Positions 12,588 to 26,300 are shown, numbered from the stretch's first letter. The stretch: 64,000 nucleotides of DNA from Eukaryota sp. TZLM1-RC (GCA_040285825.1 JAUPSS010000011.1:310001-374000), one strand, 5' to 3'. Notes: generated by a model not told the origin, from the sequence alone. A program made the numbers and translations.

Positions 12588-12701
12588 TTGACGTGGTGTA
12601 CTGGGTGACTGATGTGACTATGTCGTAGACAACCTAATGAAGTGATGGATTGTTGATTGAGTTGAAGTCAATCAATCAAAGAAATCAAAATCACAAATAT
12701 A

Positions 12702-13235
12702 CTGTGAATTTCTATCAAAACGCACTGCTGGCTTTTGACCAATTCATACAATCTTGATAGACGTTAAGCTTACTTTAGATCTATCACTCTATGATATCAC
12801 GATCAAACGATAGTTAAAGCAGCAACATCACAATACACGTACAGGTACGCAATACATGGAAAAACACTTATCTACGGGGTCTCCGGAACGCCTCAGGTCT
12901 TTCATTGTGGTAGTGCTCACTTATGGCAATCTCCAGTTGGTTTCTGGAAGCTGAGATGTCCCTCGACCAGAGTGTCTGACATTGAGGGCATACAAACTTA
13001 TCATTGTTCACCCTCCCATCATCGTGATACAACTTTTGATTGAATACCTTACAGCAATTCGTTTTGGCAGATGTGTAGAATTCATCTCCATTAGGCTTCA
13101 CATATGTAAAATGTTTCTGAATCTCCTTCAAAAAGCGCTTCCTTGGGGTTTTCACAGATTGTCTTGATGGCCCATCACCTCCACTACCAAACCAAATTAT
13201 GGTTTCTCTTCCATTAGCCATTAGTTTAATTTTTT
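12702..13235 (-). mobile_element. Duplicated 3' end of Fanzor B (RuvC-II/III, Zn finger, putative omegaRNA)
   Basis: DEFYTSAKTNCC...CPQC..WSRDISASRN; ends GAAATTCACAG|TA. Confidence 0.85.
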
Positions 13236-14191
13236 AGTTCATTTTGTTATATGTCTATGTCAGTGTGGTCTAAGACCAGGTTCTGAAGAAAAATTACTAT
13301 GAAACAGCTTTCACCATGATGACCATAGCGTTGTGTAATTGTCTCGTAGAAATTTTGTGACAATGGCGTCCATCAAATTTGCCTCAATAGAGAGTTGTAT
13401 ATCAATTGCACTTTCTATTTTGCTGCGGCAACAGTGGATTGAATGCAGTGCTGTTTAAAACTGCTTGAATTATCATCATAATTTGACCTTATTTCTGAGA
13501 TTAGTGTTAATTTTAACAATCAAGAGATTGTTCATAAAAGGGTGACCATGAGGTGGAAGTATGCAGATTAGAATTTTGCTGAGGAAAATGTTCTCCGAAT
13601 TTTGTCCCAGTAATTCTGAGTTCATTTTGTTAAATTTCAAAGTTTAATAGAACATAAAGAAATAATACTATAGAAAAAACAAATTTCAAAAAAGATCATT
13701 TAATACAATTATAGTAGTTTTTTTTACCAATTGCAGAAATTTCGTAAGAATGTACATTGGGACACGTATCCCAAATCTAAAAACACACGCAGCAATCAAA
13801 AGCTTTGTTTTGAAACAGACAGGACTTGATGCAGTACTTGAGATGTTTTGAAACAACAGACTTGGTTTTTGTCTTCAGACAAATTCATATTTTAAAAACA
13901 TTATCTATTGGAACACGAATAGAAGCAAATTATTGTCCTCATCACAACAACCACAATTTTCAATGTTATGTTTTTCACAATTTAAAGATCAGAGCGTTGC
14001 ATTTTGAGTAATTATGTTGGGGGACAATGATCTCAATGTTGTGTTGTCTCCATTATGTGAGACAGAGGTACTAAACTTGACGTGCAAGCAATGAAAAAGA
14101 ATTTTTTAGGAATCAGTTTCAACAATAGAACTAAAAAACTATCAAAAAAGTTTGGACTTGACACCCAAAATCCGTCTAGTCAACCCCAAGG

Positions 14192-14710
14192 TCAACTCGA
14201 GTCATGTTCAGGAGGTACATAACAAACTCTACCACAATTGATAGGCAAACAACGACTCTTGGAGACATCATCGTTGTGAACGACTAATATTTCGACTTTA
14301 TCACTGTTGCAGCGAGGAAAACATGATCGTTCTAAGGTAGAGAAGAAGCGGCCACGGTTTTTGTCCTTTCCATCACATTCAGAGAAGTCATCGGCATCAG
14401 GATTAAAGAATGTCAGCCACACAATAGTGATGGTTAGGAGTACACCACAGATGAGTACAATTGTTGCAAGACTGGCGAGAGGAACATTATCAGCACGCAC
14501 TTCATGAAGAATGCGGATTGCATATAACCCGATATAGAAAATACCAACTAGAGCTAAAAAGTGAGGTATGTGGTGATAATTGAACTGCATGGTCACATCG
14601 TACACCCCTGTTAACAGTCCTATCCCCATGGAGCTGAAACATAGACGAATGGTGCGATCACGAGGTCGACGGTCTTTTGGAAAACACGGAAGCTTAAATT
14701 GTTCAAACAT
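14192..14710 (-). CDS. Hypothetical 172-aa membrane protein, copy 2
   Basis: Identical protein to 12069-12587. Confidence 0.6.
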   Translation of the reverse strand: MFEQFKLPCFPKDRRPRDRTIRLCFSSMGIGLLTGVYDVTMQFNYHHIPHFLALVGIFYIGLYAIRILHEVRADNVPLASLATIVLICGVLLTITIVWLTFFNPDADDFSECDGKDKNRGRFFSTLERSCFPRCNSDKVEILVVHNDDVSKSRCLPINCGRVCYVPPEHDSS

Positions 14711-14825
14711 TTGACGTGGTGTACTGGGTGACTGATGTGACTATGTCGTAGACAACCTAATGAAGTGATGGATTGTTGATTGAGTTGAAGTCAATCAATC
14801 AAAGAAATCAAAATCACAAAATATA

Positions 14826-14991
14826 CTGTGAATTTCTATCAAAACGCACTTCTGGCTTTTGACCAATTCATGCAATCTTGATAGACGTTAAGCTTACTTT
14901 AGATCTATCACTCTATGATATCACGATCAAACGATAGTTAAAGCAGCAACATCACAATACGCGTACAGGTACGCAATACATGGAAAAACAC
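14826..14991 (-). ncRNA. Putative omegaRNA scaffold of Fanzor B
   Basis: Lies between the stop codon and the GAAATTCACAG|TA end. Inverted repeats CTATCAA/TTGATAG, GCGTAC/GTACGC and CTTTA..CTATC/GATAG.TAAAG. Confidence 0.55.
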
Positions 14992-16906
14992 TTATCTACG
15001 AGGTCTCCGGAACGCCTCAGGTCTTTCATTGTGGTAGTGCTCACTTATGGCAATCTCCAGTTGGTTTCTGGAAGCTGAGATGTCCCTCGACCAGAGTGTC
15101 TGACATTGAGGGCAAACAAACTTATCATTGTTCACCCTCCCATCATCGTGATACAACTTTTGATTGAATACCTTACAGCAATTCGTTTTGGCAGATGTGT
15201 AGAATTCATCTCCATTAGGCTTCACATATGTAAAATGTTTCTGAATCTCCTTCAAAAAGCGCTTCCTTGGGGTTTTCACAGATTGTCTTGATGGCCCATC
15301 ACCTCCACTACCAAACCAAATTATGGTTTCTCTTCCATTAGCCATTAGTTTAATTTTTTCAATTAATCCCATTATTCTTTTTTGCCTTCTTATAAAGAAA
15401 TCAAACTTGTTGCGGCGCAGGGCTCGGCGATCTCCATTTATCAGCAGTTGGTCTAGTATAGTTCTCGGACAGAAGTCGGGATTGCTGATTTCTTCCTGTG
15501 TCGGTACCCACATCAAAGGCATTGCTACTTCATTAAGATATTTGTGTAAATTCTTAGCAAAATAGCAATTTGGTGATGCATGGGTCAGGACCGGGGGGTG
15601 AATGATCTTCTTTGCGTTTGGATTCAGAACAAGGCCCGAAAGTTGATGATCAACATTGTTATTATCAATTCTTGATTCAATTGAATAACCACACAAATTT
15701 TTGTGATTAGGATCAATTGCACAAAATGAATATTCAATTGGATCAACTGGCGGAGGCTCATAGGCGTCGTCAGTTCTTCGACGTTGCCTAGGACGGACCT
15801 GTTGTTGAAGTCTAGAGTTTCGCTTTCGACTCTTTGCAGGTATATCGAGTTCCCCACTGGCTATGGTGGTTGCCAATTCTCTGGCTGTCCGGCGATTCTT
15901 ATTTTTTTTTGGGGGCAAAAGAAAAAGTGAAGCGGATTGAAACAGCATCTGAACTGATTGTGTAAGTCAGATACTTCTTTTTTCTGAAAAAGGCAAACGG
16001 ATCTTTCAGCAGACAGCGGTTGGCATTAAAAGAGAGAAAATGCTTTTCCAGTTGTTGACTAAAAGAGATAAAGCCAGGTGAATAACTGGGGGATGGGGAC
16101 ACGGCATTTCTTCGCATGGTGTCAGATGCAATATTTTCCAGAAAGGATAAAATATTTAGCCCAGCAGTGAATAAGAAGGTGATGTTGTCTGGACTGAGAT
16201 CAACATTGTCCATCATTAACATAGCGTCAAAACGATGAGGGTCGGCAACCTGCTGAGTAAATAGGTCCATTATGTACTCATGGTGACCTTCATCATACCA
16301 TGCGCGCAAAGAGTCACGAATAGTGGCTGCAGTCGTGTTCACCACTAATGAAGCATATTTCTTTGGGCAAGGGCACTCAAAGAAGGTAGCCATTGTCCGG
16401 AAGAAGTTCAGCTTCCAGGAGACAGGGCCATCAGTAAGTATTTGACAAAAGCTGTTCGCCATTTGCAGTGCGCGAAAGCTTCTAATGTCAGAGTGGCACC
16501 AGTTGTCGGTTCCCTTCTGAAAGCCAATAGGAGGAAACGGCCAGCCAGGTCGGAAAGAGACATCATATAGTGCGCGGTACACTTCCATATGATTCTCGAA
16601 TGGGCGTCTCACAGTCGGATGAGGTACCATTACAAAGTCTTGACATTGATACCAAAACTGTTGTTGATATAACCAGAAAGCCATTTCCGGATACTGCAGG
16701 ACGAACAGCTGTGCTAACCGGGCAGTAAGCACAGTGACAGTTCGAATATAGCGAAACTGTCTTTCCATTGAAACAAGAGCTGCAGTAGAGAAGAACTGAG
16801 CAGCACTTGCTGGAACTGTCGTCTTGCTGTCGTTTATTGGTTGCTCACGACGGTTAACCTCCCAGGGGAGTACATGCCCTCGACGTGGCAACTCTGGATT
16901 TGCCAT
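14992..16906 (-). CDS. Fanzor family B RuvC nuclease, ~637 aa after a 1-nt correction near 15901-15915
   Basis: SDAVSIRFTF (TDG-like), RuvC-I FCAIDPN, RuvC-II DEFYTS, CC..CPQC, RuvC-III WSRDISA, C-terminal ERP. The frameshift is in a T9/G5 run. Confidence 0.85.
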
Positions 16907-17298
16907 TGGGGTGAATATGTCAGTCGAGAAAAGATCAGACAGTCAACAATAAAAATTTGATTTATTCACAACTTCTTACATTTATACAAATACAAAGCCT
17001 GAGCAAGATGATAATTAAACACTATAATACGTGATATTTAAGCTGCCGCAACTATTTTCTTTCTTGAAAGGGTTACAGTTGAAGGAGTTTTTTAGGTGAT
17101 AACATTAGCATATCCAATCAAGAAAACGTTTTGTTTCAATGAGTTCATATAAAGTATATTTTCATAATGGGATCAACTTGACACTTCTTTATTCTTGAAA
17201 TAGAAACCACTCAACCTAACAATGACTCTTGACAGGACAACATTCACAACCTCCTTCGTGACCCTGGTACCTCTACCATCCTGTCTTGTCCTGTGTCC

Positions 17299-17402
17299 TT
17301 AACTTCCCTCAACGTCAGCGGAAACAACATTTCTGACTCCCTTACACCTACAATTGTCTCGTTCCTAACTATTAATAGTACGCTAACCACATTCGCTCTT
17401 GG
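17299..17402 (+). pseudogene. Fragment of an RI-like leucine-rich repeat
   Basis: LTSLNVSGNNISDSLTPTIVSFLTINSTLTT. Confidence 0.35.
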
Positions 17403-17639
17403 CCTTTCTCCTAGGAACCGACCTAAATAGACAAAAGCTTGATTTCTTAAGTTACTTCAAAACTATACATTGTTCTTCAACTTTCGCTTTCGCTACTGGT
17501 GATAATGTATTGAGATCAGGTTGTTGCATCGGACTCATAGCTATACCAGCACCTTCAGTACCCTTTCCAGCAGCCTTTAGACTGTCATCAGTAATTTCAA
17601 TAACAATGGTTTGAGACTGTTGTTTCTTAAACACCTCTG

Positions 17640-18720
17640 ATCTCTCTCTTCCCAGCCAACATCAGAATATCTAGAGCAGAATTGGTATCTCGATTCCAGA
17701 ACGTTTTAAAGTTATTTACTTACTTATTTTTATCCAATATATATAATATATAATTATATGGAAAAAATATAGACAAATTTCATTTTGGATAGACAATATC
17801 CTTCTTTTTACTCTAGAGCCAATGAGTTCGAAATTGGAAACGGAAATACATACTCTCACGAACCATCTAGATGTAAGGTCTGAATGATTTTTACTCCCTA
17901 TCAATTAACAAGTGCCAATTAGAAATTAATGTGGATCCTTTCCTCTGCTAATAAACATTTAATTAATAAAGAATAAGCAGAATTGCTTTAATATTTTGGT
18001 TTAAATAATGCATTGAAAAAACAAATGGTGATAACCATTCTCTTAGTTTGTCACTAATGAAAGAGTTAGACAGAAATTGAAAATAATCATTTCTGCTCTC
18101 AACCATTACATACTGAGGAAAAATGGAAAACTCAATGAGCAATTACTACCAAACTTAACTGCGTTGAAGTATGTTTACATACTGAATATTCAGAATATGA
18201 GAAGGTCATTGAACAAACGATGAAGACCTCAAAGAGTTAAATGGACGCTGTTGATGATTCTTTTGATAATGTAGCTTCTGCTTGCTCCACTGTGATTCCA
18301 TTCTGTAAAATATACTCTTTCTTTTTGATTTTTCTAAATTTTTGGTGAACTCTCGACACCCTTGACCACTCCAACTCTGTTAATTTCAGTCAATTATATT
18401 GGTTAACTCTTTTTAATTGGTCTTTTGCATTGAGTTTGAATCGTTCTTGTTTACAAAAATAAAGTAAATCACTTTTACCTGGGTCAATATGTACTTTGTG
18501 TTTTGATGATAGAAAACCAACAATCCAATTCATCCAAATAGTTCTCTGTGGTTGCAAACTTTTCACTATCAGGCTTGGAGGACATGCATATACAATCTTC
18601 TCTTGCAAGCTCAATACAGGCTGCAAAACCATCAGTTTTAATGGTGTTGCTAAATTTGTAGCCCTTTTAAGTAAATGGTCTATTAAATTCAAAAATAAGA
18701 CCAAAGCAAATTTTGTTCTT
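17640..18720 (-). pseudogene. Degenerate Fanzor family E remnant
   Basis: IKTDGFAACIEL, VHIDPGKSDLLYF (RuvC-I) and FWNRDTNSALDI (RuvC-III, ~17665-17700), with many stops and frameshifts. Confidence 0.65.
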
Positions 18721-19495
18721 CTGGATTCATACGTTGAATGTCTGTCATTGAATTCTACTCTGAATTATTTTTTTTGTCAGCAATTTCATCATGTGTAAAA
18801 AAAGAACGGAAAACACCCTATAGATTTGTATGTATAATGAAAAACCCTTTAGATTTATTCAATAGGAACCAACTCAGAGACCTCAAAAATTTGATACAAT
18901 AAATTTTTTGCATGCAAAAATGAATCACAATCAGTTAAATTATTAGAATCAGAGCAAATCTCCTGCCAAAAACCTGATTAAAAGGGTTACATATCATTTG
19001 ATTCCATTAATTCTGGAAAACAACTACGATGAATTACCAACATGTTGAATAGTATTGAACTATCAAATTTCTTAATATTAAATTTTGTCAAAAAGTCTGG
19101 TCTGTGATCAACAAAAAATTGAATAAATAATGAAAATCCTCCCTCCGTTTTGAAAAAAGTGAATATTTTTATTGTGATCAGGGTCGTCTCAAATTTTATT
19201 GTACATGAAGCAATAAAGCTTACTGGCATATAAAATTCTTCCTTATGAAGAAAACCAAAAACACCAGCAATAATGAAAACTTTTTGGTTAGTGACTCATT
19301 CTAATTGTTCTTCATCATTGAGTTGTTCAAGTCTTCAGCCTTTTGATTCTTGATCTCATTCATCTTTTGAGTATTTTTTTAGGTGGAAGTTCATTTTTTG
19401 TTTCCGTTTCATTATCAAATGCAAGAATTGACTTTGGAATTTTTGGATCATTCAGTTCAGTGATATTGTTTATTGTTATCATGGGTTTTTTATTA

Positions 19496-19790
19496 TTACT
19501 GCCTTTTTGTTTTTCCCACTGACCTTGGACTTCTTCGGCTGAAAATCAATTTTTGCGGTCTAAGCAAATGTTCACAAGAACGGGAGATGATTTTTGATTT
19601 CATACCTGCAGGCATAATGCAAACAACACTGGTATCCAAGTTTTTATAAATATTCAATAGTTTAGCTGCCCAAAAATCCATCGCAGCATCAGTAATCCAT
19701 GTTGCTGGCTCTAGATTGTCTAAATCAATAGAATTTATGTCGACACGACCACGGTTAGATTCAACGTCTCCATCCAATAGCAATATATTA
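19496..19790 (-). pseudogene. Ulp1/C48-like protease fragment preceded by a degenerate 2A-like motif
   Basis: LLLDGDVESNRG followed by INSIDLDNLEPATWITDAAMDFW. Confidence 0.45.
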
Positions 19791-20049
19791 TTTTCTTATT
19801 TTTTACGTTGCTTTGAATTTGATTGCATATCCATAGTCTGAATTTCTTACTTTGAATCAGAATGTCATTTGCAACATCACAGGAAACAAAAATGACATAA
19901 GAATAAAAATAACAACAATGAAAATAGGACGAATTCAATCAAAATTTGTTATTGTTGAAAAATTTCACAAAGAAGTTGTGAAGAAACAGTGTATTTTGGT
20001 CATTCTCTGTTGAAGTCAATATCATGAACTAAAAAAGGAATAAACATTA

Positions 20050-20320
20050 ACAATACCATTGAAGCTACTGTTCTTGCGGCCTATGTTGAGCTTGTGAAAA
20101 AATTTGCCAACACAGAGAAATTATTGATGATTTGGATGTTGAATTTTTATCATTGAAAAACAAAGTAAAAATGCAAAGTCATTAGTAAAGTGAGTTACTT
20201 TTGTCTGTGATCACAAAAGGGTCAATCTCAATGCAATAGACGAATTGAAAAGCGATAAGCAATATGAACGGCTGAAATTAACAGAATTGAAGTGCCCCAA
20301 GGTGTCGAGAGTTCACTGAA
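20050..20320 (+). pseudogene. Inverted degenerate fragment of Fanzor family E
   Basis: CTGAAATTAACAGAATTG..GGTGTCGAGAGTTCAC matches the reverse complement of 18345-18440; the TDG-region match is also visible. Confidence 0.6.
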
Positions 20321-23300
20321 GTATTGTCCTTCAAAATCGGGTTCGTGGCAACCCGAAGCTTCATTATCAAAAGAATAAAAATATTCTGCAGTTTTTGTTG
20401 GCAGCGACTACAGGTGTTTCTTCGACCAAATCAAAAAATCTTTTTGTGCATGCGAATTCCTTTTTGAAGACAAATTTTTGGCCATTCAATTCATTTAACT
20501 TTTGTTGCATTTGTTTAGTTAAAGATGAAGTGATAGCAAACCGAATAGACAACCATTTCCTGATCAAAAAATGATTGAAATCCCCCTGAATTACACAATA
20601 TTTGGATATTTTTGACAATCATTTAGTCCAATCATTTGTTTGTTATCAAATTCCACATTGTTTTTTCCTTTATCATAGCTAATTTCAAGTCTCAGTGATA
20701 GAAACTTTGGCTATGCATGTATTCCAATGCCGCCACGAGGAAAAATAGTATTCTTTTGGCTGTTTGGGGAACAATCTGAAAAATAATGTGCTCCAAATTA
20801 CACATTGTTTAAAGATTTCCCAACTATGTTTTCTTGCTCATACATGGGCTTTCAGTACTATCAGATACTCAATGGATATGATATCACCTCTTCCAAGTTT
20901 CATGCCAGCCTTGATACAAAAACAAGTGCAATGAGTTGTACTGTACTCCATGACTTGACCCAAAAAGATATCCCCTTAGAAAACCCTGCAATAATTTTTA
21001 TTGGGTCAATTTTTTCCACCCATTTTCATCTTACCTATGCCATTCATTGTATTAGACTTCTTTTACATAGAGATTATCTCTACAAAGAAGGCTGCATCAA
21101 AAGATACAAAATTACGTGCTCTCCATAGTCATTTGGTCCAAGGAGAAAGTCAAAGTGTAAGGTGTTTACCCTTCTGAGAAAACTCAACAGTGTATTGTGA
21201 CTCCGGGTGTACATGATTATCTTCGTCCTTCGCAATTTTCCTTCAATTGCCATCGACAGCCAATTTTGGATTTCCTATCTACATCAGTTTTGTCTATGTT
21301 TTGTTCATTTGTTAACAATATCTTAAGACACAGTCTTGTTGAAATAGATGATCAGTCAACATCGAAATTATTAAGCAATTATTTAGTTTTTGCTGGTTTT
21401 TCAATGAAGAGATTTGATGAGAAAAGTTGTATTTTTACTGCTTGTTGTGAATTCAGCTTCTGACAAATTCATCTCGTTTTTTTACCACTCTAAAAATGGC
21501 CAACTGAATTTTAAATTCAGAACTGATTTCAAACTTTATTGTGTTGACTTAATGATTGTAATGTTGAAATCTTTAATAGCTACACATTCCCTTCCAATTA
21601 CTGCTGGTCTGGGTTCAATATTATATAAAAATAAACTTAACAACTATTCTTTGCTCCATTTTGTATAAAGCTGTTCGAGGCTAAAAAGCATGATGTAGAG
21701 TTAATATGATGATAGTTTCTGAATCTGAATATTAAATCGTGTGACAAGTTAATGGAGAAGGTAGACTAGTGTACCTGTGAAGATCCAAAGTTGTAACGGT
21801 GATGTTAAAAACTAAGTTGTTTTGTAACAGTTTTCATATCAGGTCTTAATAGAAACAAGAGAAATTTAGGTTGTAGAGATTCTGTTAACAAAAGAAAGAC
21901 AATGGAACCAGCATGATGACTATGCTCATTGGAAACCAGTGAGGTTGAAAGAACTGAGAAACACTGGACTATTAGGGATGAGGATACCTTGGGCAGCATA
22001 TTGTATACTTTATCCATCCACATCTCTCCACCTTCCCAAACTGCCTGTTGTAGCCCCTATAATTTCTGAAAAAAGCCAACCAATACAGGTCTGCTCTATC
22101 GACAGCATACCCGATCATGTTCCAACAGTGAACGTCCCGGAACCTGTAACAAGACAAGACGTTGCACCTCAGGAAGAACCAACTTCCTCTCAACCCATGG
22201 AAAGTGAAATTGGAGAAGACATTGAGTTGAACGGGCCAGTCGTTGGAGAAACGGCTCCTCCTCAACCCTCAGTAAGAGACTCTTCTTCCGATAGACCTAT
22301 GCGTATTGAGGACCTACAATCCTCAAGAAGAGCTATTGACATGAGCATAGCTAGTAGCCTTCATAGACAGATTGATCCACGGTCTAAGGATATCGACTAT
22401 AAAAGACCTCGATTATCCGCTGATGACCCTATTAACAAAATGTCTATCATAGCTTTTCTTTTAAAATAACAAACTGGGGATAAATACGGGCGAAAGATAG
22501 CTAATAGAAGCTTCGAAGCCCCAGGTCAATCAGATTGGACCAGAGCCTTTATGATAGCTACCCAGCTATTTGGAGAAGGCCAAGCAGAAATAACCCAAGA
22601 TAGGATCAAAGATCTCCCCAAACATATACGCGACGAGATCACCAGGGATACAACACAGCCTTTGGTAAGGATTGATCCAGCTATAACAGATAAGCTCGGA
22701 CCCCCAATCCACCATTATGATTTATTTAGGAGCATGATGATGAGCACTTGCCCCACAGGAATATCCAGCATGATCGACCCTAGCCTTCTATCTAGATGGC
22801 AGAGTCAAGGTTTACTCGGTGTTGATTATACCGACGCCGACGTCATGGTATTTCTGTTAAAAAGAACGCAATTCACATCATATCATGAGGCTTGTACAGC
22901 TCTAATGAAGCCTAGAATAAATTGGAGGAAAAATCCACAATAGGCATGAGGCTGACAACGAGTTTGGTCGTTATGTAGAAGATTTTGGAGACGTTTTGAG
23001 AATGACCACCTACATGACCGACCTAACCATCCCCGATTTAATTAGAGGAAGCAGTGGGTTGATAACCATATCTCCCGCTCTAATAGCCGAGTACTTCCTT
23101 ATGGGTCTGGATAACTTTGCTATATCAAGCGAACTCCTCCCAGTATGGACTAGGGAATCCTTGTGGGACTCACCGAACAGAACAACTCTACTCGATTTGA
23201 TATCGACAACGAGAAGACATTTCCTCGCTTGGTGTTACACAGCAGGAAACAAGCCCACAATGGATGTACTAAGGAACAGGGCTAACGAAGAAGATATTCC

Positions 23301-26300
23301 TTTGGGACTCACGGCAATGAGAACTTACTCAAGAGGAGTAACACCATCAGCCCAGGCTCCAACAAAACGAGCAAGACGATCAGGTGGAAAGTCAAGAGGA
23401 ACCCCTCAACACAAATACATCCCTGAAAAGCATGAACGAGAAGGGTCAAAATTCTGTAAATTCTGCAGCAACGTCGAAGGTAACAATCCTGTTGGCCACA
23501 CTGTATTCGAATGCAAAGACCCTCGTTGTGCTAGAAGCAGAGTTCCCAAAGAAGAAAGATTCAGATTAGGAGAACAGGAGGCGCCTGCTAGTAGAGGCAG
23601 TGTAGAAAGGGGCCGAGGTGGCCGTGGTAGACGTGTACATAGATTCAAATTTAGAGGCCGTGGAGGCCGTTATAGAGGCCATAAAGGAAGAGGTCAGTAC
23701 AGACCTATACATAACATAAACACAACAGAGGACATATCATCAAACGCATCCCCTACTGAGTCAAAACCGACCCGTTCGAGTACGGTTCCTCACAGACGGA
23801 TCAACAACAGCAACCGGAACAGCAGGACAGGCAACTTTCCTAATCGGGTACATATCAACGCAATCAATCACAACCAATCAACAACCGATTTAGGAAACCC
23901 AGTCAACAACTTTCCAACAGCTCAACAAAATCTTTTAATTCCTCTACAAATTCACCAAACCAGCTCTGATATCAATAACATTTTTGATATTAATTCTACG
24001 GTTAGTGAAAACCACGTCAGGTCCCAGCGTTCTCCATTTCTAAGACTGGAGATATCAATAAATGATATTAAAATGATTGCGACTATAGATTCGGCTGCGT
24101 TTTTGTTCAGTTATTACTGCAGATTTAGCTGAACAATGCCATATGTCAATCAATAGCAAGGATACTATTAAGTTCTTACCAGCTAATAACGTATCCACAA
24201 AATCGCTAGGGAGTGCAACTGGTATTCTGTCGTTCAACGTAGGAAGCATTGCGCAACAAGTTCACTATAAACATACTCTTCCCATAATCCCGGGTTCGAA
24301 CAAATTATTAATAGGGACAGACATGTTAAAAGCACTTGGGCTTCAGACGGATGATGGTCTTTTCATTAGATTAGACAAAGAACACCGCACTTTGCTAAAT
24401 GCAGAATCAGAATTCGACTCTAGGATCGCTCAACATTCGATTGGGAACTTAGATAACCAATCACCAAGTCCTTCTGATTTTTGAGGAGCAATTAGCAAGA
24501 TCTGGATGTGAGATAAATTTAGATGATAGTAATAATAAATTAAAATTAACGAGTCTACTAAAATTATTCAGCGATGTTTTTAGTGAAACTCCTAATAGAA
24601 AAGGAATCGATTGTAATCCTCTAACAATCCCCTTTAGAGATGAGAATGCTATAGTACATAAACCTGCTAGACGGTTAAATCCCAGCAAAATGGAAATAGC
24701 AAACAAAATATTTGATGAACTGATCGAAATGGGCTATGCAGTTGAATCTAATTATAAATTCAGCTCTCCTATTGTCTTAGTTATATACCCTGACGGCAAA
24801 AAACCCAGGTTAACTGTAGACTTTAGTGGTAAAGATGGAGTTAATGCCCATACGATTTCAGTAGAGCCTAATCTACCTAGGATTAGTGATATATTAGAAT
24901 TTTTGAGTAGAGCAAATTACATCGCCACGCTTGATTTACCAAAAAGCTTTCTGGCAGATGAATGTTGCTGAGAAGGATATTGAGAAAACATCAATCTCAA
25001 TCCCTGGAAGATCAATTATGTTTAAAAGAGCTTGCTTCGGATTAAAGAACATCCCAGCAGTTTTTCAAAATGTAATGATGGAAATATTCCAAATTGATGG
25101 CGTTTTTATATATATTGATGATATCATAATAGTTGGAACGACTTTCGAAGAATTCTATAAGAGATTACAAAGAGTCCTCCAATGCGCCAGAAATAGACGT
25201 GTAAATATAGGCTTACGTAAATGTAAATTCGTAACATCAAAACACCCTATCGACATTTTAGGAAGTACCTTCCAGGATAAAACTAGATTTATAAGTAAGA
25301 AAAAAATCGAAGCCTTGATGAGAATCCTTAGACCAAAAACAGTAAAAGAAGTTCGCTCATTGGTAGGATCCATCAATTATATTAGAGATTGGCTTCCAGG
25401 TATTTCTGAATTAATTGCTCCAATTAACGAGCTAATTAAAGGAAAACCCAGAATAATTAAATGGACTTGCAAGCATGACGATTACTTAAAACAAATAAAA
25501 GACCTAATAGTAAACCACATGCCCCTTGAATTACCAGCTCCGGGCAAGCGAGTATTGATAAGTACTGACGCTTCAGATGTAGCAGTAGGAGGTGTTATTT
25601 GGCAAGAAATTGAACCCTACTCCCCTGCAGGAACCCCGCTAAATAAAAAGGAAATTGAAACCTTTGTCATTCTATAGTAGATTACTTACAGAAACACAAA
25701 GAAAATGGTCCACCTTACAAAAAGAATTATACGCAATACTTCTGATTTTAACTGAAAGTTGTTTAGAAAGCTACTTGTTAACTAGACATTTAACAATTTT
25801 CACAGATCATAAAAACATTGCATTCCTGGCTACAGCCCCAGAGAAAAATAGAATCGTAAAGAGATGGCTGCCGATACTATCTGAATTCGACTTTGACATA
25901 GTCCACGAACCTGGTGAAGACAACCATTGGGCAGATATGTTATCGAGGAATATTGATTTGGATCAAAACGAGGAAACTCCTTCTATTTGTAGTATAAATA
26001 TACCAGACACTTTACTTTCAAATTACGAGATACCTCCACTAGACGATGATTCTGATTCGGATCTTGAAGACATCCCTTCAATCTCATCTCTAAGTAGACA
26101 CCAAGACCTACCTATTTTTTCTTCTTGGCTGTCTAAGATAAGATCTGAACAACAAATAGCCAAAAACAACAACGACTCTTTTATTTGATAACGCAATTCT
26201 AGATGTAAACACTCAAATTTGGAAAAATAATAAAAACAAAATTTTGATTCCAAAGAGCCTCAGAAAACAGGCACTATTATTAATACATGGTTTGGTTCAA

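Larger units (their letters stand above)
11118..15359. repeat. Tandem duplication of ~2.12 kb (11118-13235 and 13236-15359)
   Basis: Near-identical units; junction at 13235/13236 cuts the Fanzor B ORF. Confidence 0.95.

Noticed and set aside
20780-21130. Possible IS630/Tc1 transposase relic on the minus strand (FVSFDAAFF, QGWH), a candidate Fanzor helper
   Set aside because: Too degenerate to support without a profile search.
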